Assembly: GCF_001194135.2 (NCBI RefSeq)
Contig: NC_069005.1
Coordinates: 14,201,556 to 14,265,555, forward strand
Origin: Octopus bimaculoides
Lineage: Eukaryota
Direction of reading: 5' to 3'
Length of the DNA stretch: 64,000 bases
The position numbers were made by a program, and so were the translations under genes. Positions 54,549 to 64,000 of the stretch are shown piece after piece (within the stretch, counting starts at the first letter, position 1; every line of letters starts with the position of its first letter). The notes under the pieces are model-generated. The model saw nothing but the letters and a program-made list of their open reading frames with translations, was not told the DNA's origin and searched no databases.

Positions 54549-55835
54549 TTAGGTTGTCAAGAAAGTTCTTGCAGTTTTTAACTTTCAAATTCAGATCCAC
54601 ATATCTTGGCTCAAACAAAGCTTTATTAATTGAAATAAACACCATCAGGATCAACCCACTTTTGCCAACACGAAACAAGTTTATTTACGCCAGTCGCATA
54701 AAGATCTTGCATTCTGGTGGCGATGAAGTCATTGAAAGCGTGTTTGGCATCGTCTTAGTTTTTGAAGCATTTCTCATGCAGGAAGTTGTCGAGATGCTTG
54801 AAAAAGTGGTAGTCAGTAGGCAAGAGGTCTGGTGAGTATGGCGGATGAGGCAGAGTTTCGTAGCCCAATTCATTCAACTTCTGCAGGGTCAGTTGTGCGA
54901 TATGCAACCGAGCGTTGTCGTGGAGAAGAATTGGTCCTTTTCTATTGACTAATGCTGGCTGTTGTCGGATTTTCCTATGCATTTCATCCATTTGCTGACA
55001 GTACTTCGCCATAGTGGTTTCGCCTGGATCCAAAAAGCTTTGATGGATGAGACCGGCCGCAGACCACCAAACAGTTGCCATTACCTTCTTTTGGAGCAAC
55101 TTTGGCTTCGGGAAGTGCCGTGGGGCTTCATCAGTGTCCAACCACTGAGCTGAGTGTCGCCAGTTGTCGTAAAGAATCCACTTTTCATCGCAAGTCACAA
55201 TCCGGTCAAGAAACGGGTTGTTCTTGTTGTGTAAAAGAAGGGAAGACGACACTNNNNNNNNNNNNNNNNNNNNNNNNNNNNNNNNNNNNNNNNNNCGTGT
55301 GGCACCCATTTCTCAAGTATTTTTGTTTATCCAATCTCTTTCAAGTGGTTCGAAATTATCGTGTACATTACGTTTAATTCAGAAGCAAGCTCTTGAACAG
55401 TTGTGCGTGGATTGGCTTCCACTAAGGCTCGTAGTTGATTGTTGTCAACATCTGATGGCCGACCACTACCCTTATCATTTTCAAGACTCTTGTCACCGCT
55501 ACGGAATTTCTTGAACCACCATTGTGCTGTTCGTTCATTAGTGGTTCCTGGGCCAAATGCATTGTTGATATCACAAGCTGTTTCAGCAGCTTTTTGGCCT
55601 AGCTTGAACTGGAATAAAAAAATTGTGTAAATTTGCTTTTTGTCCATGTTGTATTCAACGTTCCTGAAAAAATGGCCTAATTACTCAAAAAGAAAAAGAG
55701 TAACACGATTAGGTAGAGCGAAAAACGGCTTTAAAATGATATATACAGTCAAAGTAATTTAGTGAAAATTAATTTGAAAATACATCATTTAAAACCAAAA
55801 TTAAAAATTCTGCAAGAACTTTCTTGACAACCTCA
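54549..55835 (-). mobile_element. Full-length but defective mariner (DD34D, Hsmar1/cecropia-like) DNA transposon
   Basis: TIRs TTAGGTTGTCAAGAAAGTTCTTGCAG (54549) and CTGCAAGAACTTTCTTGACAACCTCA (ends 55835), TA on both sides, ~1.29 kb long including a gap. Confidence 0.95.
54626..55647 (-). pseudogene. Mariner transposase pseudogene
   Basis: MDKKQIYTIFLFQFK...WVPH...TCDEKW...HDNAR...[13 protein letters not shown]...VYFN-stop. In-frame nonsense codons at 55327-55329 and 54755-54757, small in-frame deletions, and a 42-N gap. Confidence 0.92.
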
Positions 55836-56342
55836 TACTTTATCCTTCAACACCTGGCATAAAACTCTCTCTATCTCTCTCTAATCAAATCCCACTCTGT
55901 CAAGAAGACTTTCTTTGTCTTGTCTTTACTTTGTGCTGCAATTTATTATACCTCACCAGTGCCAGTGTCGTGAAAAATGCACCCAGTACACAGTGTAAAG
56001 CAGTTGGTTTTAAGAAGGGTATCAAGCTATAGAAACCATGCCAAAGCTGACATTGAGGCCTGACTCAGCTCTGCAGCTCATTAAATCCCATCATACAATC
56101 CAAAATATCACAAACAGACATTAAACAATTATCATGATGATGATGTATAATAAAAACCTGAGTCTTAGACAACTAGTGTTGATCTGCAGAGTCAGCAAAT
56201 AACCATTTAGTGAAGTTTGAAATTTTGGGAGTGTCACAGGAGAAGAGAATAGTGACATTTTAAGTTAAACCCTTGGTGGGAGAGTTTTGAATAAAACACC
56301 TGACGTTTCATCTCACCCACAACATACATATTTTACAGTATA

Positions 56343-56580
56343 CAGTAAATCCATTGCCATATCACAGTTCACCTATTGCGGTTTATTATTTTAGCTTATA
56401 TCGATTCCTCCATGGTATTGTTTTGCATTTATAATAAAATAAATATATACAATTATAAAAATATAGAATACTGATAAAAAAAAATTATGCAGTACAATAC
56501 CGTTTCTACTTCACAGATTTTCACCTATCTCTGGGAGGGGGTATTGAAACATAACACCCGTGATATTCGAAGGATTACTG
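56343..56580. mobile_element. Tigger/pogo-like MITE
   Basis: TA|CAGTAAATCC ... CGAAGGATTACTG|TA. Confidence 0.5.
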
Positions 56581-57374
56581 TACTCCACAGTTGTTAATCT
56601 GCTGAAATAACATGTAATTGTAGCAGTAAAAGCACAACCAACTCATCAGGCAGTATATTGTGTGGCCATGACATTATCATTGCACTGTATATACAGGTTT
56701 CCTGATCACTTGATAGCTACTGTATAAAAGCCAACACCGAGGTAGACACAATTGAGTTCTACAATTGGCATATAAGCAAATGCTTCTGAGTATTTTATCA
56801 ATTGTGATAAGCCCTTCGTATTTGTTGGCTCAGCAATTCTGGAGACTATATCTTGAAGTAATTCCCAGTAACTGAACAGTTTCTGAGGATTCCACAAGAT
56901 AAAAGAGATCTTAGATAAAATTTGATAAAAATTTATTTTACGTAATAAAAAAAGAATAAATAAATAAATAGAAGTTATTCTCCCATTTCAACATAACGTT
57001 TTACTTGTTTCAGTCCCTGGAGTATTGTCATATTGGAGCACTAACTTAGGAGTTTAGTCGATCAAATCGGCCCCAGTACTTTAAAAAAAAAAAATTTTAA
57101 GTGCATTATTTATTCTATTGGCTCATAAGCCAATCTGCTAAGTTACAAAGACATAAACAAACCTACACCGGTTAAGAAACAGATATGTACACACTATGTA
57201 TGTATGTATCTATCTGTGACGAGGTTTTATTTATTTATTTTTTTTTGTTACGTTCTCTTTTCAAAATAATTTCATTTAATCTCACTCTCTCATGAAAATT
57301 AATTATCCATTAAATAAAGACATGAGTTCCAGAACGGCTGGCCACACACATACGAAGTTATTTATCTCAAAGTG

Positions 57375-57751
57375 TTTACTCTTTACTCTTTTACTTGTTT
57401 CAGTCATTTGACTGCGGCCATGCTGGAGCACCGCCTTTAGTCGAGCAAATCAACCCCAGGACTTATTCTTTGGAAGCCTAGTATTTATTCTATCGGTTCT
57501 TTTTGCCGAACCGCTAAGTTACGGCGACGTAAACACACCACCATCGGTTGTCAAGCGATGGTGGGGGGACAAACATATACATATATACGACGGGCTTCTT
57601 TCAGTTTCCGTCTACCAAATCCACTCACAAGGTTTTGGTCGGCCCGAGGCTATAGTAGAAGACACTTGCCCAAGGTGCCATGCAATGGGACTGAACCCGG
57701 AACCGTGTGGTTGGTAAGCGAGCTACTTACCACACAGCCACTCCTGCGCCT
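57375..57751 (-). mobile_element. Young tRNA-derived SINE of a second family (head AGGCGCAGGAGTGGCTGTGTGGTAAG, CORE-like CCTTGGGCAAGTGTCTT, tail GAAACAAGTAAAAGAGTAAA)
   Basis: Complete copy with A/B-box-like head on the minus strand and CpGs retained. Confidence 0.85.
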
Positions 57752-58619
57752 TGTTTGTTGACTTTTTTTTACTACTATACATATTCATCTGATAAGAGAG
57801 AAGAAGGCATTTTGACTTTGAACTCTTGATTTTCCATAATTCGATTCGCCAAAAATAAACAGTCTTTTACGTCTAGACACCCTATGGGAAAGAAAATATA
57901 ATTTTAAGTAACGGAGAAAAAGAAATCTGTAGAAATACAGTCGGTTAGATGGTTCCAGGGAGATAACTCTGTAGCTTCTAACTTACTTTAATTAGCTTAG
58001 AAATGTGATGACGGATTCTGGTGCATTCTATAGTTTAAATTTGATAGCTTTGGATGTTATTTAAATGGCTAGTATGGTTCTTCCACGGAGTAATTACTTC
58101 AGTTTCAACACATTGTCCCAGGTCAAATCACTTGCCAGACAAGTACAACTCCGAAATTAGGAAATGTATTTCTGATCATTCGAGATACTTCGAAGTCATT
58201 TTTCATGACGCCTTCTCCAAAAGTGTGCTTTCGTCAATAACTAAAACTAGCGATATTGAAAGAATGTGGCGTTAACTTGTGAAACGACAATTAACTAATG
58301 CAGTTGTGGTTACGTAGGCGGAGTGTGCATATTAAATGTTGCCTTTCATATTATTTCTGATTGCACTCGGCAATGTTTATTCCCACAACCGAAACAAACG
58401 TGTTTTTAAGACAATCGTCCTCGATACGTCCCTCGACTGCCCTTACAACCAAAATCCATTACCCCCAAGTAGTATAACAATAATGAATTGCCATCGGCCA
58501 GTTTAAAAAAGCATTTATTAATCAAATAGGGCGAATATCTTGACAAGGGAAGCAACTCTTGGTTGGTTTGTAGATTACCCCCCCTCTCTCTGATTTATTA
58601 CTGTATGTACTACATATAC

Positions 58620-58810
58620 TCTTTTACTTGTTTTAGTCATTAGACTGCGGCCATGCTGGAGCACCGCCTTTAGTCGAGCAAATCGACCCCCAGGACTTAT
58701 TCTTTGTAAGCCTAGTACTTATTCTATCGGTTCTTTGGCCGAACCGCCAAGTTACGGGGATGTAAACACACCACCATCTGTTCTCAAGCGATGTTGGTGG
58801 GACAAACACA

Positions 58811-58858
<48 letters not shown>

Positions 58859-59117
58859 CGACGGGCTTCTTTCAGTTTACGTCTACCCAATCCGCTCACA
58901 AGGTTTTGGTCGCTCCGAGGCTAGAGTAGAAGACACTTGCCCGAGGTGCTACGCAGTGGGACTGAANNNNNNNNNNTTAGTCGAGCAAATCGACCCCCAG
59001 GACTTATTCTTTGTAAGCCTAGTACTTATTCTATCGGTTCTTTGGCCGAACCGCCAAGTTACGGGGATGTAAACACACCACCATCTGTTCTCAAGCGATG
59101 TTGGTGGGACAAACACA

Positions 59118-59165
<48 letters not shown>

Positions 59166-59331
59166 CGACGGGCTTCTTTCAGTTTACGTCTACCCAATCC
59201 GCTCACAAGGTTTTGGTCGCTCCGAGGCTAGAGTAGAAGACACTTGCCCGAGGTGCTACGCAGTGGGACTGAACCCGGAACCAAGTGGTTGGTAAGCGAG
59301 CTACTTACCCACACAGCCACTCCTGCGCCTA
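58620..59331 (-). mobile_element. Second-family SINE, one copy represented twice across a 10-N gap
   Basis: 58670-58966 and 58977-59273 are identical 297-bp stretches; the head is completed at 59331. Confidence 0.85.
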
Positions 59332-59612
59332 TATGTTCATGACCCTTTCTCCCACTCGCTTCCTCCAAAGATGTACTTTTGTGAATTACTAAAACTAGAT
59401 TGGAAGAATGTAAAGTTAACTTGTGAAACGAGGATTAATTAACGCAGTTGTGGTTACGTAGGCGGAGTGTGCATATTAAATGTTGCCTCCCACAGAACAT
59501 TCGTATAATTATTTGTAAAGGCAAGTGGCTTTGTGGTTAACGTGATTGCACTAATAATGTTTATTCCCTCCCGCCCCAACTGAAGCAAACAGGTGTTTTT
59601 GAAGCAATCCTC

Positions 59613-60400
59613 GGATCTTTGTGATTTGACGGGCAACACTTGTTTTCTTAACAAAACACTTTCAAACTTGGGACACTGGTAGAATGTGTCATATAAAACA
59701 ACTTCTTCTCTTAACCTTCTTAACAAAAAATTGTACATCGCAAGTTATTTCATGTTAAAGTTGTCGTATTTCTGTAATTTCAACCAATCACTGACGTCTA
59801 TTCAGCTGAATACAGTTACTGCTGTTCGGTGTCAAGTGTGTTATTCCCTGTATAATTATATCATTATTCCCTAGTAAGGGTTTAGGGGGTTAGGGTTAGG
59901 GTTCGGGTTTTATGGTTATGAGTTATAGGGTTAGAGTTAAGGTTATGGCAAAAATAATCATAACCCTAACCGTAATCCTAAAACTAACCCTAACTCTAAA
60001 ACCCGAACCCGAACCCTAACCCTAAAACCCTAAAGCTAAAACCAGTACAAACGTACGAACGATGTCATAAATAACAGTAACAAACGAAATATATACCACT
60101 GATAGTTGTTGTTGACAACGGATAGTTTTTGTTGACAAACAACGGCACTAATTTTATTCAAGGGAAAATATCCCCAGACACCGTTGTTTACATTCCACGG
60201 CGTAATTGTTTTCAACTCAATAGACGTCAGTGATTGGTTGAAATTACCGAAATACGACAATTTTTTACATGAAATAACTTAGAATACAAAATTTTTTATC
60301 TGTTCTATACCACAAAATATACAAGTATTCGAAGTTTGAAAGTGTTTCGGTACCAAAAACACTACATAAAAAAATGTTGCCCGTCAAATCACAAAGATCC
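59613..60400. mobile_element. Non-autonomous TIR element (MITE), Merlin-like, with internal head-to-head telomere-type repeats
   Basis: Perfect 26-bp TIR GGATCTTTGTGATTTGACGGGCAACA / TGTTGCCCGTCAAATCACAAAGATCC, imperfect arms extending ~200 bp, perfect 8-bp TSD CAATCCTC (59605-59612 and 60401-60408). Confidence 0.9.
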
Positions 60401-60704
60401 CAATCCTCAACTGCCCCTTACAGCCAAAATCCATTACTCCCAAGTGGTTTGCCTGCAAAAAAAACAATAAAATAAAAAAAAATTGAAATAAATAAAACCA
60501 ATGACATCGGCCAATTAAAAAAACTTTTGCGTTTATAAGTGACGTAGCATGTATCTCTTGACAAGGGATGCAACTCTTTATTGTGTTTGTATATATTATC
60601 TTTTCCTCTTTCTCTTCTCCCCAGCACTCGGTCTTTCTCTGTGGTTTGTTACTGCAAGCCTCTTTGTACTCAACTGACTAATAACAGGCAACACCAGAAC
60701 ATTT

Positions 60705-60876
60705 TATCTTTTATCTGGTTCAGTCATTAGACAAGGTAGTGCCCCATGCTGAAGAATTGACCCCAGTACTTTTTTTAAAGCCTAGTACTTATTCTCTTTC
60801 TTTTGTCAAACTAAGTTATGTGAACGTAAACAAACCAACACCGTTTGTCGAGCAGTGGTGGGGAGCAAAGACATAC

Positions 60877-60914
<38 letters not shown>

Positions 60915-61052
60915 GACAGGCTTCTTTCAGTTTGTCTACCAAATCGTTTCATAGTGCTATAGTAGAAGACACTTGCTCAAGATTCCTTGGGATGGGACTG
61001 AACCTGGCACCATGTGGTCGGGAAGCAAGCTTCATATCGCACAACCACGCTG
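60705..61052 (-). mobile_element. Older, degenerate copy of the second SINE family
   Basis: AAGCCTAGTACTTATTCT...ACGACAGGCTTCTTTCAGTTT...AGTAGAAGACACTTGCTCAAG motifs. Confidence 0.75.
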
Positions 61053-61519
61053 CTTTGAAAAGACAAAATAGAATTTACATTTGTATAATTCTTTTCTTTG
61101 CCATTGTGTTGGACAAAATAACTTAATTCTTAAAATTCTCATAAACATGGAAAACTTTATTAAGCCTTTGCTTGCATAATTAATTGTATCCTTCTTATAA
61201 CAGTATTAACGAGCAGGACCTGTGAATATTGCATGGAATTAATGGTAAACCTATTGGGTTATTCCTGAAAGCATTATCCAAAAATCCTGAAAGCGTAGCC
61301 TCTCTTGTATCTGTACAGATAGATAGTCGCTCATCTGCTACTCGTTGAAAAGTGAAAGAAATTGGAATACGATGATTACTTAATGCACTTTATATACTTT
61401 ATGCACAATTTTATAATAAATATTCACTCTTATTTTCCCATTTATAAGCCAAGGCAATAGATACACCTTTCAATTTGTGTACACCTTTCAATCCAATACT
61501 TCTTTGCAGACAACGTTCT

Positions 61520-61741
61520 TCATGCAAGCTCTCCCTCATCTTTTCCCTTGTTTGTCAGTGTTGATAACTTTAACTCTCTCATCAGATAATTTGAGAATGC
61601 AACATATAGCTGACCATGGCCGAATACAGGTTCAGCCAAGAACAGTCCTACTTTATCAAATGTCTGCCCTTGTGATTTATTGATAGTCATTGCATTTGAC
61701 AGGCAAACGGGAAACTGGTTTCTTACTAAAGTGAATGACAA
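61520..61741 (-). mobile_element. Helitron PIF1-like helicase C-terminal fragment
   Basis: [43 protein letters not shown] matches the hallmark [22 protein letters not shown] motif. Confidence 0.85.
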
Positions 61742-63016
61742 GTTTGGGATGCAAATGTGTTAAGTGATAGGTGATGTAAAAAAAAAAAAAAGTTCAGTAA
61801 AAAAAAAAAAATCACTTTTCACTATGCACTCACCATCACCACCTCCACCACTATGACCACCATCATCTCTCTCTTTCTCACTCTCTCTCTCTCTGCTTTT
61901 CTTTAATCTCACCATCAGAAATCAACCCTCTGCTAAAATTATATTTCTAACTCTTCTCTATATCACGACCTTCAACAAACTTTTTTAACCACATAATAAA
62001 TATTATGTTTACCCCTAGCACATGTCATGGACGCTTTTAATTCAAAACAATGTGTACAAATAAGCATGCTAAAGGGTTAAGGGGGCCTTCTTTATTATGT
62101 TTTAAATTAACAAAATCAAAGGGGTCCCCAAAACCTATTGACCCTGGGGCTTCACTAGATCTAAATTTGACTGGGTCCTGTATGTATGGATGTTAAGTTG
62201 AGGGGAGAGTAAAACTGTCTGGTTTCATTTCTCTATGTTCTGTATATTTTGCCTTTCATCTCTCAAAGTAATTCAAATCAATTTTAGTGAATTATGTAAC
62301 CCCAACCTTCTAAATGTTTGGCCTAATGTTTCACCAAAATAAGTCAATATTAGCGTGTGTGTGTNNNNNNNNNNNNNNNNNNNNNNNNNNNNNNNNNNNN
62401 NNNNNNNNNNNNNNNNNNNNNNNNNNNNNNNNNNNNNNNNNNNNNNNNNNNNNNNNNNNNNNNNNNNNNNNNNNNNNNNNNNNNNNNNNNNNNNNNNNNN
62501 NNNNNNNNNNNNNNNNNNNNNNNNNNNNNNNNNNNNNNNNNNNNNNNNNNNNNNNNNNNNNNNNNNNNNNNNNNNNNNNNNNNNNNNNNNNNNNNNNNNN
62601 NNNNNNNNNNNNNNNNNNNNNNNNNNNNNNNNNNNNNNNNNNNNNNNNNNNNNNNNNNNNNNNNNNNNNNNNNNNNNNNNNNNNNNNNNNNNNNNNNNNN
62701 NNNNNNNNNNNNNNNNNNNNNNNNNNNNNNNNNNNNNNNNNNNNNNNNNNNNNNNNNNNNNNNNNNNNNNNNNNNNNNNNNNNNNNNNNNNNNNNNNNNN
62801 NNNNNNNNNNNNNNNNNNNNNNNNNNNNNNNNNNNNNNNNNNNNNNNNNNNNNNNNNNNNNNNNNNNNNNNNNNNNNNNNNNNNNNNNNNNNNNNNNNNN
62901 NNNNNNNNNNNNNNNNNNNNNNNNNNNNNNNNNNNNNNNNNNNNNNNNNNNNNNNNNNNNNNNNNNNNNNNNNNNNNNNNNNNNNNNNNNNNNNNNATTT
63001 GTGTGTGTGTGTGTGT

Positions 63017-63278
63017 AATTTAGAGGAAAAAAAACCCCACTATTAATTAATTCAATAATGAAAAACGTTATTCACACCATCCAGAAAAATAAATATACTA
63101 TAAAAATTATATTCTAAAAATCAATAAAGTACATAAAACAGTAAATGTTACTATTTATTGTTTTATGTACTTTATTGATTTTTAGAATAAGGTTTTTATA
63201 GTATATTTATTTTTCTAGATGGTGTGAATATTGTTTTCCTTTATGGAATTAATTAATAGAGGTTTTTTTCTCTAAATT
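63017..63278. repeat. AT-rich palindrome/hairpin, ~128-bp arms with 6-nt loop (GTTACT); probable MITE in microsatellite
   Basis: AATTTAGAG...CAGTAAAT versus ATTTATTG...CTCTAAATT are reverse complements with few mismatches. Confidence 0.88.
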
Positions 63279-63433
63279 ATATACATATATTATTTATTGT
63301 GAAATTTGATTTAGAATTGCTAAATTGAATTTTTCCCTGTAAGTTTTGGATTTATATTCCCTACTATTATTATTATAATATATATATAGCAATAATAAAT
63401 TTCTGAGTGAGATATAAACAGTAGCAGCACAGC

Positions 63434-63820
63434 ATTGTGAAGTATATTTGCCACCTAAATGTGGCTGACCCATATGGGACAATGCTACTGTAGTTTATAG
63501 CCCCAGGAAGATATCTCCTCCAACTGGCTAACAACGCACTGTCTGTTCCCGATCAGTATTTGCAAAGGGAAATCATTGTTCCCATCTCCAGCCTGATGTG
63601 ATACGCACAGACCCAGGTTTCTGGGCAATAACCATGACAATCAGCATGTGACAATCACCGGCTAGGGATTAGAAGTGATATTTTCCCTTTGCAAATATTG
63701 ATAGGGCACAGACAGTGTGTCATTAGCCAGCTGGAGGAGATGTCTTCCTGGGGCTATACACTACAGTAGCATCATCCCATATGGGTCAGCCACATTTAGG
63801 TGGCAAATATACTTCACAAT
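63434..63820. repeat. Inverted repeat with ~138-bp arms and ~110-bp spacer; probable MITE
   Basis: ATTGTGAAGTATATTTGCCACCTAAATGTGGCTGACCCATATGGGA... versus ...TCCCATATGGGTCAGCCACATTTAGGTGGCAAATATACTTCACAAT; first 46 bp perfect. Confidence 0.9.
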
Positions 63821-63898
63821 ATATATGTATAAAATGTTTCTATTTCTTGACTAATGTTTGCTCTGCACTAATCCTTTGTTTTTTTTCTCTTTGAATAG

Positions 63899-63983
63899 GA
63901 AGAAGATTGCTGATCATATTGATGAATTCCATCAAGCGCCACTGAAGATTGTTGTAGATAAAAACTTCAAGAAATATCAAATG
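63899..63983 (+). CDS. Next coding exon of the same zinc-finger gene; completes the split C2H2 finger (R-KKIADHIDEFHQAPLKIVVDKNFKKYQM...)
   Basis: Branch-like CTAAT (63851 and 63868), polypyrimidine tract CCTTTGTTTTTTTTCTCTTT, AG at 63897-63898. Phase-2 joining with 51424 gives CGYC-LFRAYSRKKIAD-H-IDEF-H (exact x12 spacing). The frame is open to the window end. The 3' boundary is uncertain (possible donor ATG|GTATTT after 63983). Confidence 0.85.
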
Positions 63984-64000
63984 GTATTTCCTTCATTGGG

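Larger units (their letters stand above)
58220..60640 (+). repeat. Diverged local duplication: copy A ~58220-58600, copy B ~59360-59612 plus 60409-60600 (split by the MITE)
   Basis: Shared ACTAAAACTAG, GTTAACTTGTGAAACGA, an identical 45-bp core, CAAAATCCATTAC, CTTGACAAGGGA.GCAACTCTT. Confidence 0.85.

Noticed and set aside
57690-57751. tRNA-like heads of SINE copies as tRNA genes
   Set aside because: They continue into SINE body and tail; no complete cloverleaf evident.
58005-58175. Possible C/D snoRNA (GTGATGA at 58005, CTGA near 58172)
   Set aside because: Spacing is long, there is no terminal stem, and no rRNA-complementary guide is recognisable; such motifs are frequent by chance.
58670-59273. 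Apparent tandem duplication of a 297-bp SINE segment
   Set aside because: Both copies are identical, including microsatellite length, and flank a 10-N gap: unmerged contig overlap (assembly artefact).
59877-60043. Ancestral chromosome end-to-end fusion site
   Set aside because: The head-to-head telomere-like repeats are short, degenerate and enclosed by TIRs with a perfect TSD, so they arrived with a transposon.

Overview
Eukaryotic, AT-rich, microsatellite- and SINE-dense genomic DNA with many scaffold gaps. The SINE families and RTE-type LINEs look like those of an octopus (cephalopod) genome; this is inference from repeat content. The window appears to lie almost entirely inside one large + strand gene. 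A CpG-rich putative promoter/first exon (ETS and E2F motifs, GAG|GTGAGA donor) sits at about 0.75-1.14 kb, followed by about 39 kb of repeat-filled intron. A single stop-free exon of about 11.3 kb (40123-51424) then encodes roughly 3,770 aa: a Lys-rich AT-hook N-terminus, a 14x11-aa S/T-acidic repeat, a 35x13-aa Ser-Pro repeat, poly-Ser and poly-His tracts, and about 19 widely spaced C2H2/C2HC fingers, including three Trp-containing finger pairs. The ORF-track stop at 51426-28 is part of a splice donor (CG|GTAAGT). The interrupted last finger is completed exactly (C-x2-C-x12-H-x4-H) by an exon starting at 63899, 12.5 kb downstream. That intron holds a dead Hsmar1-like mariner, a CpG-retaining block with a duplicated segment, a Merlin-like MITE with head-to-head telomere-type repeats, a Helitron helicase remnant, and two long hairpins next to the acceptor. 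No prokaryotic features, rRNA, true tRNA genes or CRISPR arrays are supported.
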